A stretch of DNA of 64,000 bases from Cirrosporium novae-zelandiae (lineage: Eukaryota): contig JAPETS010000016.1 of the NCBI GenBank assembly GCA_026023565.1, forward strand, positions 186,001-250,000, written 5' to 3'. The position numbers and the translations under genes were made by a program. Under the pieces are notes generated by a model, which saw nothing but the letters and a program-made list of their open reading frames with translations, was not told the DNA's origin and did not search any database. Each line of letters opens with the position of its first letter. Positions within the stretch are counted from its first letter, which is position 1. This document shows, in pieces, positions 13,255 through 26,700 of this stretch.

Positions 13255-16002
13255 TCAATACTCCAACCCCAAAACCTCCTTAGCACCCTTACTCTCCCTC
13301 TCGAACCCCTCGACCCTTTCCTGGTTCGCGCGAATCTTCCCCAGCAGCCACTGAATCCTCCCGTTCAACTCCGACGGCGTCTTCGGCAGCTTCCCCAGCA
13401 ACCTCAGCTCATCCTCGTACTTGGCGATATCCGCATTCGCTAGCTTGATAAGCTGCAGCGCGAGCGCGAGGTCCAGCCTCGCCGCCAACACGCGGTCCTC
13501 GACTAGCCGCTTGAAGGCGGCTGCGTAGACTGGTTTTCCGGGACGGATCGCACTGGGGCGTCCGTTGGGGCCTAGGACTACTGAGATTAGTTCGGCTTGC
13601 TCTAGGGATTGGATCGTGCTGTCGTTGTTGCCGGGGCCGCCGGCTCGGTAGGTGTCTTCGAGCCAGTTTTTGTGGTATGGGATTGTGGTGTCTGGGGATG
13701 AGGCGAGCTGTTTTATTAGGAGCCAGGCTTGCTCTGGGGTCCACGGGCGGGAGGAGGTCGAGGGGTCTGTGTCCAGGATGTGCATTTTTAGAATTTCCGA
13801 GGCTGATTGGGATATTATTTCTTGGACGGCTTCTGTGAGGTGGGGATTGGGATTAGTCAATATAGGTAGTAGATGGATGGGTGAGGGTTAAGGGGGCTGA
13901 TCCAAAAATGGCATTTTGGAATGCCGTCTCGTCTTGCCTGGGCTGCATCAAGGGTCAACTCACTGCTAGGCGTCTCTCCAGACTTGATCCTCCTTGCCAA
14001 AAATTCCAAATCCGTTAACCTTCCCCCGAGCACCTCAATACAACCATCCAACTCCTCTAGGTCTTTTCTTCTTTGGCTTAGGGTGAGCTTGGTCTCACCT
14101 TCTCCAGCTACTGGCTCATCGTCAGCATCTGCATCTAGGTGATTTATTACGAATCGCTTCGCCACTTCTGTTGAACAGTCTCCCAAGGAAATTGTTCTGA
14201 ATAGGTGGTTTGGAAGCGCTTTATCTAGTGATTTCGAGAATGAGCCGTCGCGAGTCAGGAATATGACATGGGCTATATCTCCCGCGGAAAGAGTAGCAGC
14301 CCATTCTGCAATCTTGTCGTAAACAATACTGCCTTCGTTGCTTTTATGAAGAAAGTTGTCGACGACCACAACGGGACGGCGTTCTGGGTGCGCCTCGAGC
14401 CATTCGTCGTCGCTAAGATCGGCATCTTTATCGCTCTTTTTACGACTTGCGAGCGCGATGCGTTTCAGGGCTGTAGATGTGCTTTGGAATATTTTGGCCA
14501 ATTGACTATCGACCGTCTCGGAGAAGCCTGTCTTGGCACCAATAGTCGCTTGCGCGGCGAGATCAAACATACTGTTGATGCTGTTCAACCAAGAAAATAT
14601 AGGGCGATATCCAACTTCTTTAGCAGCAGCTGAAATGGTAGCAGAGTCCCCTCTTGCTTCTTGAATGGGTTTGCAATCGATAACAAGCTTATGCCTTCGG
14701 CCTTCGAGTGCCTGATCAAGAACAAGCTCTTTCTTTCCGGAGCCACGGGGTCCATGAACAACAATAAATGTATCTGCACTTTCCATAAGCCACGAGTGGA
14801 TTCTCTCAATATCGGCTTTTCGATCATCCCATATTGCTCTCAACCCAGCTTCATCGGGCTTCTGCGGACGTAACGTTAAATAACTCGCTCGTTCTCTCAG
14901 CCAACGCCAGATTCTATTATCGGAGACATGAAAAAATTGGGTAATATGCATTTCGATAAAGAAAGTACGGATTGGATCGAAGACGGCAACAGAGATTCCA
15001 GCTACGAGGGCAGCAATTGCAGGGATAACAATTCTTGGGTGGTTCGCCAGCCAGTCTCTTATCCAATGTGCTTTGATCTTTTCCTCATAGGCAAGTTTGA
15101 TGATGGTACTGGCCTGACCCCCTTCTGCTCCTCTGACCACAAACCCATGTAGGCAATTCTTTGCCATAACGGCATGTCGTATTTTACTAAAATCGAGCAA
15201 TGTGTATTTGGGTAGTACCTTTGAGTCGGCGGGCTGTGGTATGATATCAGCCAGCTTACCGTATTTACGGAATAAGGAGTAGAGGGTTTCCTGTGTCAGT
15301 TCGCCAGCTATTTCTCCCCGTTCAGCTGGCAGAAACTCAACCCTCAACCGTGAGCTAGGAAAGCGGTATAAATCTTCAATCCAGGGTTTCCCTTGAACCA
15401 GGGAGGCCTTTACTCGACTAAATGGATTGAACCATGGAGTAATTGGGTTCTGCTTTAGGTGTTCCTTCAATGAACTCTCGATATCTTTTAGTGTGGTACT
15501 CGAGGGGTATGAAAATTTGACAAATGCACCCCCTTCTTTGAGCCTAGGCATAACCTCTGTGACCTTGAGAGGGATTTCGGGAGGTATAGCTCGTTGAACA
15601 ATGCTTGCCGGATCTGCCGCTGCTATCCCTGGGCTGTTAAGACGAGACATTAGGTTTTCGAGGGCTCGGTCGGCTTTGAATGGGAGGCGTAATGCCCAAG
15701 TGAGTCTGAGAGGGGTGACATCTATATCGAATAACTTAGTAATTCAGAAATCCTTGATTATACTTCACGTAACAAGAGAACATACCGTCAAAGAACAATA
15801 TGCCCTCACCGGGACCAGCTTTAATATGCCCTGACTTTTCTTCCCCCGCTTCAAAAGATGCGGTGCCTTTTCTCCTGAGATTATACTGATAATTATGGCG
15901 CCAGAACCCTTGGTTCTGCAAACAACTCAATCGAAGGTTGGGTGCAAAAACCGACGGGTAGGTGACATGGGTTCTGGACCGAAATGTGAGAAGCCCAGAC
16001 AT
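13255..16002 (-). CDS. YME2: Mitochondrial escape protein 2 (Yme2/Rna12), RRM plus AAA-like domain, 3 exons
   Basis: Motifs PRLKEGGAFVKF, LVQGKPWIEDLYRFPS, GPRGSGKKELV, RPVVVVDNF, LGGRLTDL, GRPSAIRPGKPVY. Basic N-terminal presequence. Confidence 0.92.
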
Positions 16003-16342
16003 GACGTTTTTGGGAGGTCTTCAACGACTATTATGGGAATAATGAAGACATTAGGGGGGAGTAATGGGAGTAAAAAACGCCATTACACATATTCATCAAT
16101 TGATTTATGGACATACAGACATGATGCAAAAGACGTGTATCTGCCAAGTGTTGTTATAGTGGGCTGGCTGTTCAACCCTGTTCTGCAAGGTCCAACGCCA
16201 AAGGCCATGACGTCCCCAGTCAATCGGGGAAAATCGCGACGAACAACAGAACAACCTGCCAACTACTTTCAAAAGTACTAAACGAACTTTAAAATAATTA
16301 TTCGACAAATCCAACCTCTCCGCTCTAGCAGATATTTACAAA

Positions 16343-16960
16343 ATGGGTTCCCTGCCATCCAAACAATTACCAACTGCAGCATCCAATGACTCGACAACAT
16401 TCGGCAGCAATCAAGAGGCGCCAGCATCGAAGAAGCGCAGGTTGACACGGGACGAACAAGCAGACGCAGAATTGTACTCTTTTCTCTCCGAACTTCAGGC
16501 TGAGCGCTCTCGAAGTCGAAATCGAGATCCACCATCCCCCACCCCCCCCGCAACCCAATCCGGCACCCCCGCTACCGATGATGATACCTCCGCATCCTTA
16601 TACCCAGACACAATGGTCTGTTCTCAGGTCTTGAATATGGCCTATGACTGTCAATCGGTGGGGGGCCAATTCATCAACATCTATCGTTACGGCAAGCTGC
16701 GGAACTGTTCTCCGCTATGGGCCCAATGGCGTCTTTGTATGAGATCCAAATCTTACTCTGATGAAGAAAGGAGAAAGATGGTTCAGGAATACTATAGGGA
16801 GAAGGCTGCCAAGTACAAGGTCGGGCCGAGCAGTGAGGATATATGGGAGACCCGGACGGAGAGCATCGAGGGAGCGTTTCAAGGGGATTTTGAAGGCGTG
16901 GAAAGGGCCTGGAAGGAACAGGAAGAGAAACAGGGGAAAAGCGGGAAACCTTTGTTTTAG
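16343..16960 (+). CDS. Emi1/DUF3128-family protein
   Basis: Single-exon ORF with CSQVLNMAYDCQSVGGQFINIYRYGKLRNCSPLWAQWRLCM (twin CX9C) and GPSSEDIWETR. Confidence 0.8.
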   Translation: MGSLPSKQLPTAASNDSTTFGSNQEAPASKKRRLTRDEQADAELYSFLSELQAERSRSRNRDPPSPTPPATQSGTPATDDDTSASLYPDTMVCSQVLNMAYDCQSVGGQFINIYRYGKLRNCSPLWAQWRLCMRSKSYSDEERRKMVQEYYREKAAKYKVGPSSEDIWETRTESIEGAFQGDFEGVERAWKEQEEKQGKSGKPLF

Positions 16961-17428
16961 GTTAATGTCCTGCCATGAAAATACCCAGGAGTTTGGGAGG
17001 AATAAATTACATACATAGTGGTGGCGTTAACAGCTTGCAACTGGGAGCTTCTCAGTGCGCTGTTGTCGTCTATGATATCTTTGGATGCACTAAAAATGAA
17101 TTCGAAGTATATAACTATTCTACAACTCTACAACATCAGGGAACAGGGAACAGATGGTTGAATTAGAATTAGGAATTTTTCATTTATTGCTTCAGCACAA
17201 GTCGCTTATTGTGACTACCTATTCTAGGTGCCAAAACCTCTTCCTAACTAGAAAAACAGAAAACCTTTTGTCCTTTCATCATGCATTCCACCATAATTAG
17301 AAAACGCCGCCGGAAACTGCCTTGTATACAAGCACGGAGTGAACTCTATTACCGTCATGTCACGTCAAGTAAACAGGTCGAGGGTATAGAAGTTGTGTTG
17401 AGGTATCGTAGAAAGGGAAACGATGCAT

Positions 17429-18734
17429 TTAGTCGACCTCTTCGACGGTTGGGCCGTCGTCTCCGCCTTGGTGACCAGCAGCACCGCCAGGCATTCCGCC
17501 ACCCATGCCACCAGGCATGCCACCTGGCATTCCACCCTCGCCACCAGCACCGTAGAACTTCATCATGATTGGGTTGGCAACACCTTCCAGTTCCTTTTGC
17601 TTAGCCTCATACTCGTCGGTGGTGGCTTGCATGTTCGAGTCGAGCCATTCAACCGTCTTCTCGATCTCCGACTTCAGCTTCTCCTTATCAGCGGCATCAA
17701 GCTTCTCGTCAACCTTTGAGTCGGAGAGGGTGTTCTTTAGGGAGTAGGCATATGATTCAAGAGCGTTCTTGGCAGAGATACGGGCAGCCTCGGCTTCATC
17801 CTCAGCCTTGTACTTCTCGGCCTCAGCCAACATGCGCTCAATTTCTTCCTTGGACAGACGGCCCTTGTCGTTTGTGATGGTGATCTTGTTGGACTTGCCA
17901 GTTCCCTTTTCAACGGCAGAGACGTTCATGATGCCGTTGGCATCAACATCGAAGGTGACCTCAATTTGAGGAACACCACGTGGGGCAGGTGGGATGCCAG
18001 TAAGTTCGAACTTGCCGAGCAAGTTGTTGTCCTTAGTGCGAGCACGCTCACCCTCGTAGACTTGGATAAGCACACCAGGTTGGTTATCTGAGAAGGTAGA
18101 GAAGACCTCTGACTTCTTGGTTGGGATAGTAGTGTTACGCTTGATCAGAGGAGTCATGACACCACCAGCGGTTTCAATACCCGAAGAGAGTGGAGCAACG
18201 TCAAGAAGAAGGATTTCGTTGGTGGACTTGGAAGAAGTGTCACCAGAAAGGATGGCAGCTTGGACAGCAGCACCATAGGCAACAGCCTCATCGGGGTTGA
18301 TGGATTTGTTGGGCTCCTTGCCGTTGAAGAAGTCCGAGACGAGTTTCTGGATTCTTGGGATACGAGTGGATCCACCGACGAGAACGATTTCGTGGACACT
18401 GCTCTTGTCGATCTTGGCGTCACGCAAGACACGCTCGACGGGTTCCATGGTGGACCGGAAGAGATCCTGGCAGAGCTCCTCGAAACGAGCACGGGTGATG
18501 GAGGTGTAGAAGTCAATACCCTCGAAGAGAGAGTCGATTTCAATGGAGGTCTGAGCAGAAGAGGAAAGAGTACGCTTAGCACGTTCGCAAGCAGTACGAA
18601 GACGTCGGAGAGCACGAGCATTGGAAGAGAGATCCTTCTTGTGCTTGCGCTTGAACTCATTGACAAAGTGGTTGACTAGACGGTTGTCAAAGTCCTCACC
18701 GCCCAAGTGAGTATCACCAGCAGTAGACTTGACT

Positions 18735-18766
<32 letters not shown>

Positions 18767-19529
18767 GACATCGAAAGTTCCACCACCGAGATCGAAGATC
18801 AGAACATTACGCTCACCCTCAGCCTTCTTGTCAAGACCATAGGCGATAGCAGCTGCTGTGGGCTCGTTGATGATACGGAGAACGTTCAAGCCTGCAATGA
18901 GACCAGCATCCTTGGTAGCTTGACGTTGGGAGTCATTGAAGTAAGCTGGGACAGTGATGACAGCGTTGTTGACAGTTCCACCCAAGTATGATTCTGCAGT
19001 CTCACGCATCTTGGTCAAGACCATGGATGAGATCTCTTCTGGTGTGAATTGCTTCTGCTCTCCCTTGAATTCAATCTGAACAACAGGCTTGCCTCCCTTG
19101 TCAATAATAGTGAAGGGGAAATGCTTCATGTCTGCTTGAACTTCTTGATCGGCGAACTGTACCCAAGTTAGTCTACCGAAGGTCAAAGAGCAGGAGGGGA
19201 AAATAAGCTCAACTAACCTTTCTTCCAATCAACCGCTTTGCATCAAAGACGGTGTTTTGGGGGTTCATGGCTACTTGATTTTTGGCGGCATCACCGATCA
19301 GACGTTCGGTGTCTGTGAAAGCGACAAAGGAAGGTGTGGTTCGGTTTCCCTGGTCATTGGCGATGATTTCGATCCGATCATCTCGGAAAACACCAACACA
19401 TGAGTAGGTGGTACCCAGATCTGTGATTAAACCATGTTAGTATTTGATCTTGACAGCAAGGGAGAAGAGATCTCAGGCGAGAAAAGAAGAGGTCAGGATC
19501 TACATACCAATGCCGATTGCTGGGGCCAT
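17429..19529 (-). CDS. HSP70: Cytosolic Hsp70 (SSA type), 3 exons
   Basis: [34 protein letters not shown] repeats, C-terminal GPTVEEVD. Confidence 0.99.
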
Positions 19530-19734
19530 ATTGCCTGTTATATGTGTGTGTATGCAAAGGAATTCGTGGATGTCGTGAAGAAGAAAAGCAGTTGTTTCAA
19601 AGAAAAAGAAAAGTGGTGATTTTTTTCCTTGTTTGTGTGAAGGGATGATGAGGAGAGAAGAAAGGTTGGTACCTCAAAGAAGTTGTGTCGCTTTTAAGCA
19701 GGTGGGTGGATTCTATGAGATTCGCTCAAATTCC

Positions 19735-19749
19735 ATTCGAGAAAGTTCC
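19735..19749. promoter_or_regulatory. Heat shock element (nTTCnnGAAnnTTCn)
   Basis: aTTCgaGAAagTTCc, about 200 bp upstream of the HSP70 ATG. Confidence 0.8.
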
Positions 19750-20659
19750 ACACCCAAAGCAATTAGCCTCTGGGACTGGATGAGTTGCGAGTTTGGTGAA
19801 AGGCTGGAAAAAGCTAAATCATTCAAAGCCAGTCAGACAGTGAAGTCCAACTAATCATCATCATGGAACTTGACAGTAGTGTCTAGTCCCAGGTAGAAAT
19901 TTCGAATCGAATTCATTCACTTCAAATTTTTTACCCGTCTAAACTAAATAGATAAGATAAGATTGATTCCTTTCCCACCTTTTTGTTGTTGCCCCTCCAT
20001 CACAATTGATGCCTAAGGACCTAAGGAAGGAGTTGGGAAACATTGGTTAGTTAGATTCAGGTTGAAATTTTCACTCCCCACACTTGCCATCGCAGAAGAT
20101 TCCATGGGAGATTGTGGAGATGAAAAGAAGATTCCTGTCCATCCCTCTGACGTCTTCATTCTTCATCGGGCTGTGTCAGGCTATCGGTGATCCTATCCAT
20201 GGCCAGTACAGCCCACTACAGTCCAGTACAATTCCATTCATTTCCACTCTACTCGTACATTTACCTGATCTTTTAATTAATTATGAGATTACATCAGCCT
20301 TTATTTGACCTGAAAACTCAAAATCAGGTTTCATGGAAAATGAATTCCAATCATCAAGTTTTCATTGCGCCTCATCGCCAACAGCTACCCCGAATTACAA
20401 GTGACGGTTGCCCTGAGAATTTTAAAGTAAATAGACTCTTGCTTGACCAACTATCTCAATATTTTTAATCCCAATACATTTATAAAACATCCAAATCGAT
20501 CAAGATGTTACTCCGAACAAAATACTTAAGTAGTATTGTATAATAAATCACTGTAATCTCCTCCATCCATCGAACCAATCAATCAAACCATCTCCCACCC
20601 CTGCCCTACGCAACCAGCTCAATCCCGCAAGATAATTTAATTATATTTACTTTAATTCT

Positions 20660-22847
20660 TTACATACTCTGAAAATAATCCCTTCGGTCACGGCCATAGC
20701 TTCCACTCACGCTTACTTCACCCTTCTTTCCATCTTCCTCCTCTCCTACCACTAATACATCAGGAACATCTCGAACGTCCACACTCTCTCCCGTATTGAG
20801 ATCAACCACTCGAACAGCATCGATTCTCAAGGGACCTTTAGATAGGGGAAGGAATGTTAAGGCCGTCACGTGGCAACTTGAGGGGTATAATGGGCTGGGA
20901 GCAATTTGTTAGAAGAGGTAGAAAATATCCATATATCCATATATCATCTGACCGAGACACGATATACGGCCACACGGACACTTTGACAAAAGTAGGATTC
21001 AAAAGAAAATCTATCATTAGCTTACCCGACTTTGACTTCCGGAGTCAAGCACACTAGATCTGCTGGTTCGGCTACCGAATTCCTCTGTACCGCAAATACA
21101 ATATTCTCATCTACGACTGGCTCCGCCAAATCTATGATTTCCTTCTTCCCTCCATCGCTTTTGTTCGATCCCGTTGACTGCTGCTTTGGTCTGTGGAAGC
21201 TCTTGACTTTGATACTACCTTTTTTCCGGTGTGCTATCGGTAGTAGGGCTATCTTCTGTGATTCGGAGGATCGATTCGTGATCGTTACTGTCCATTGGAA
21301 TGGTTGGGCTACAGAGACGGTGGCGCGTGAGGCAAAGGTGATCGTGAGGGCTGTGGATAGATATGGGGAAAAACTGCCGGTGGCTCCTGGTGTGAAGGAG
21401 GCAGAGGCGCGGGTGGAACCGGGGATGAAATGTGTGGAGTCGAAGGATGTGTTGGCGGTGCCGTCCATTGGAGGGGCGGCCGACACTGGGAGGGAGGCTG
21501 GACGATGGGGGCGCTGGAGGGGTTGCGTCGAGAGTGGAAAATTGGGATTGAGTTGGGTGGAAAAGTCCACCGGAGATAGCCAGTGGAGGGTTAATTTTGG
21601 ATGGCAGCTTGGCGTGAGATGGGCGGTACAGGTGAGTGTGAGTGATAGCGTGGAAAGGAGGGAGGGGGATGTCGTGGCATTCGCAGGTATGATTTTGCTG
21701 TTAGCGACTGGAGAGGGAACGAGGCGATAGAGGAAGGTAGTTTCGTCTCGAGTTTGGCATAACAATGGAGGTTTCAAGTCAGGCGTATCGGTAAGGTCGG
21801 TTATCACGCCTGAGGGAAATTGAATTTCAATGGATTCAAGTGTGACGGAGCATCGACCGAAAGGGAGGACTTCAAAGTCCATTGAAGCAACCGTTGTAGG
21901 CCGTGCGGCATAAGTGTTTATTCGAGAATAGCGAACTCTTGCGCTCACAGCAGGGACGATCTTAATTTCTCGTGGGGGGCATGGCCGTATGTGACGGGAC
22001 GATTCTCTTATAGTAGGGCTTGCAGGGAGAACTCTCGATACACGTAAAGCAGACAAACGAGGTTCAGTCCCTTTAAACGCAGGGTCGTTCTTTAAAGCTC
22101 CCAAAATGTTGACGCTTGCTGGTACGAGAGGTTGCATGTACTCGCCCTGTCCAGCTTCGCCTCTGGATACAGGTCCAGGCCCACACGTCCCATATACTCT
22201 GAAAACAACGGCTGGGGGCTGAATCCGTGTGCGAGGACGACCTGTCGTCGTTAGTAGCTCCAAGCAAGATGATAGTTGAAAGAGTCTTGGTCATACTTAA
22301 CAAGGTGTCTACTTTCCATAAAGCGTAGATTAGATGGGTGTGCTTCTCATCTTCGTCGTCGTCATTTCCACGCACGATGACTATTGGCTCCTCAGATCCG
22401 TTGATATCTGTATGGAAAATAACCTCTTTCAGTCTAGGGAGTGGATCCTTTGGCCGTCCATCTCTGTCAAGAACGGGCCTTGGAGGTTGGGCAGGCTGGA
22501 CTTGAACAATTTGAACTTCAACAGTCAAAGTTACCCTGTTCAAAAATGATTTCAAGACATCTTCCTCAACATAGGGCAGCCTAAGGACAACATATACTAA
22601 GAGATGCTCATCTATATTATTGAAATAAGTTACGTGATGGGAGGATTTGCCAGCTTCAAGACTTACCATAGAATAATAACTTCCTTTGAGCTACTGATTG
22701 GAGGAGACCAGCCGCCCCATCTTCAACGTCATCAAGTGAGCTCAAGGCATGTTCAAAATCCAAGTTTTCGCTATCTCCAGGTACGATAACATCCAAATAC
22801 ACATCATCCACAGATATAGCTGCTCTTCGCTGTTCTTGTTCAGACAT
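20660..22847 (-). CDS. TRS65: TRAPPII complex subunit Trs65, multi-exon
   Basis: QRKLLFY/DEHLLVYVVLR, WKVDTLL/RPRTRIQPP, VNILGALKNDP, FQWTVTITNRS, LVCLTPEVKVG, FLPLSKGPLRIDAVRVVDL. Confidence 0.82.
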
Positions 22848-23739
22848 GGTGAAACTGAATTAAATCGCTGGCTGAAAAAGAACATGGGTGTGTTTTAGTG
22901 AAAAAATTACGTGGTGACCGACTCTAGGTAACTTACGTTATAAGACCATGATTCTGTAATTAGGAATTAGACGAAGAAGAACATTAAGCTTATTTCATAG
23001 CCAAAACTCAGAACATTGATGCTTGAAAAGCTGATTGCAACAAGGTTGTTGTGTGCATAATATGCTAGTGGACAAAAGTTAATAAGAAAGGAGTTGAAAT
23101 GTAGATGATAGGCTTTTTGGAAACCTCAGGCAGAAAACTTTATTTGGACTTGGTAGGATGGGCCAATTGACTTTATTAGTTGCAATACTTAGTGGATTCT
23201 GGTTAAAATTTCATTTTACCGGAAGGCCTCTTCAGTGACCGATTGAATATTTAGTCAGTTATCGCCAGTTAATACGCTTAACAATACGGATACGCCTTAC
23301 AATACGGGTACGATATATAATACGGACACGATACATTCATCAATATGTCATTTCTCAATTTCATAGCCTATCAAATATACATCATGCGTAACAAAAAGAA
23401 AAATCCCACCGTAGCACAAATGTCGTAAAATGCCATAACACAGTTGCCAACCCCCCCCTCCCCCCATATCAACCGTGAAAGAACGAGGCAAAATAACATT
23501 GACCCACCGAAATATAACCGACCCTGTAAAACATGCCGCAAAGCGAAGGGTATTGAATCACAGATATTCATAGCATGCCTGCTCCTGGAATAGCCAATTT
23601 TCCAACTCGTTTTTGGTTTTTTATTTCGCACTCATAAGAATACAGCAGGATGACGAGTCTCATCCTAGTCACTGCCAATACCATGTCCTTCATTCTCGTT
23701 CTTAAAGAGTAATGAAAATATTAGATGGCCTAGTCGAAT

Positions 23740-26700
23740 CTATGCCGCAACCAAGGCTTCTTTGAGTGGACGATCAGCCTGGTTCATTATTTCATAAGGA
23801 GCGCGTTTGACAATTCCTCCAGCAACCGGAAGCTTTGTTGGGACACCCATGAGGTAAGCATCAACCTCACGAGCAGCTTGACGGCCTTCATTGATTCCCC
23901 TATTCAGAATATATTAATATCATTAGTTATAAATGGGTTAGGAGACTTGTTCTTACCATACGATTAGTGACTGACCACGACGGCAATCACCAGCGGCAAA
24001 AACTCCAGCGATATTCGTCTTGTAATGACCAGGAGGAGTCTTGATGTTCTTTCTGGCATCCTTTTCGATATCTGTGCCGAGCAACCGATCCTCAGGACCC
24101 AAGAAACCCATAGAAAGCAATACTAATTCAGCGGGGAAGAACTCATCACTGCCTTCAATAGGTTTCATTTCCCAGCCACCACCAGCATTCTTCGTCCATT
24201 CAACGCGATGGATGTTGATACCTGTGACGTGACCATCTTCACCTACGAATTCTTTGGACATGACACAGTATTCTCTAGGGTCTCTTCCCATATGAGCCTT
24301 TACTTCTGAATGGCCATAGTCAATGCGATAGATACGGGGCCATTGTGGCCATGGGTTATCTCGAGCACGCTCCGGTGGTGGCTGAGGTAGCAGCTCAAAG
24401 TTGATGACACTCTTCGCACCATGACGGACTGAGGTACCGATACAATCGTTTCCGGTATCACCTCCACCAATGACAATAACATTTTTGCCTTTGGCAGAGA
24501 TATATTCTCCATCCGAAAGCCCAGAGTCAAGGAGAGACTTGGTGTTACGGTGGAGGAACTGCATTGCGAAATGGATACCTTCAAGGTTGCGGCCTGGGAT
24601 CGGAAGGTCTCTAGCAACCGTGGCACCTGTGGCGATGACAACGGAATCAAAGTCCTTGCGAAGAGAATCGAGAGAAACGTCACTATCTGGGCCAACGGAA
24701 ACGCCAGTAACAAAATTGACGCCCTCTGCTGCTATGAAATCTACCCGGCGTTGAACGACCTTCTTATCGAGTTTCATATTGGGGATGCCGTACATCAATA
24801 GGCCACCAACACGATCTGCACGTTCATAGACAGTGACTGAGTGGCCAGCACGGTTGAGTTGATCGGCAGCAGCCATTCCAGCTGGGCCCGATCCAATGAC
24901 AGCTACCGTCTTTCCTGTTCGGACTTGGGGTGGATTTGGAATCATCCAACCCATTTCAAAGCCCCTGTCAATGATTGCGCATTCGATAGACTTGATACCA
25001 ACCGGATCTTCATTGATCCCAAGTGTGCAGGCTCCCTCACAAGGAGCAGGGCATACTCGGCCGGTGAATTCGGGAAAGTTATTGGTCATGAGAAGTCGAT
25101 TTAAGGCATCTTGCCATTGGTTCTGGAACACAAGTTCATTCCACTTTGGAATGATATTAGAAATCGGGCAACCAGTATCAGATTGGCAGAAAGGAACACC
25201 ACAGTCCATGCATCGGGCTGATTGGTATTTGAGCTCATCTTCATTGAGACGTTGAGAGAGCTCAGCCCAATCACGAGTTCGTGTTCTGGGGTTTCGATAC
25301 TTCTCACTGCGGCGTTGATATTTCATGAATCCCTTTGTCTTGTCGAGTACGAGGGTAGTACGTTTCTTTTCGGCCTTGGCATCTCCGACACTTTCCTCAA
25401 TGTCTAGTAAATCACTTTTCTTTTCCTTGCCTCCGTTTTTAGTCTCGTGCTTCTTGGACTCCTCGTGAAGTTTTCTGACGGCATTTCCTGGAAGCAGTGG
25501 AAGGGAGTACTCTGCTCTCTTAGCAGCCTCGGCTTTCTTGGCCTCCTCTTCCATGATGCGCTTGTAGTCAGTTGGCAAGACCTTGACAAAACGAGGTAAG
25601 GCATGATTGAAATCAACCAGTATACGTGCTGCAAGCTCTGATCCTGTATAATGGTGATGATCCTCAATTAAACCCCGAACAAAAGCAATCTCAGCAGGAT
25701 CCTCGATTCCAGAAACTTGCACCATCTCCATGTTTATTTTGCTCTCAAAGTCTTGGTTCATATCAAGGACATAAGCAATACCCCCGGACATACCAGCGGC
25801 AAAATTACGGCCAGTGCTACCGAGAACGACAACCCGACCGCCGGTCATGTATTCACATCCATGGTCACCGACGCCTTCGACTACGGCAGTGGCACCAGAA
25901 TTTCGAACCGCAAATCGTTCTGCGGCTACGCCTCTGAAGTAGCAAGTGCCTGAAGTTGCACCATAAAGACAAACATTGCCGATAAGCATGTTTTCTTCCG
26001 CTTTAAACACGGCAAGACGTGGTGGGTAGACAATTAGACGTCCGCCAGAAAGACCCTTCCCGACATAATCATTGGCATCGCCTTCAAGCTCAAGAGTAAT
26101 ACCCGGAGCAAGGTATGCACCAAAAGACTGTCCAGCAGAACCTTTAATATATGCATGAATAGTATCTTTGGGTAATCCCGCTTCACCGTACCGTCGACTG
26201 ACTTCATAGGAGAGTGTGGCACCCATAGCCCGATCAGTGTTGATAATATCACACTCAATACGGCTGGGTCGGCCTTTCTCAAGTGCTTGCTCGGATTCCA
26301 TAATGAGCTTATTATCTAGTCGTTTATAAATGTCGTGGTCTTGTTTACGAACATTGAAGGTGGCAACACCCGGACGTAACGTGTGAGCAGGAGTCAAGAT
26401 CAAAGAGAGGTCGAGATTCTCCGTCTTAAGAGTCCGAAGGTTGTCGCGAACGCGGAGACATTCGGCATGGCCGACCATCTCGTTGATGTTACGGAATCCA
26501 AGCTTCGCCATGATAGCTCTCATCTCATTGGCAATGTAATAGAAGAAATTGATGACATGTTCAGGTGTTCCTTCGAATTTCTTCCGTAATTCTGGATCTT
26601 GAGTAGCAATACCAACTGGGCAAGTGTTTAAATGGCAATTTTCGACGACAAGGCGGTTGGCGAGTTGGAATTGGCCTCCACTGACCTCAATTGCCCTGAA

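Noticed and set aside
17281..18991. Several plus-strand ORFs antisense to HSP70
   Set aside because: Long antisense frames are a familiar by-product of biased codon use in HSP70 genes, and there are no independent gene signals.
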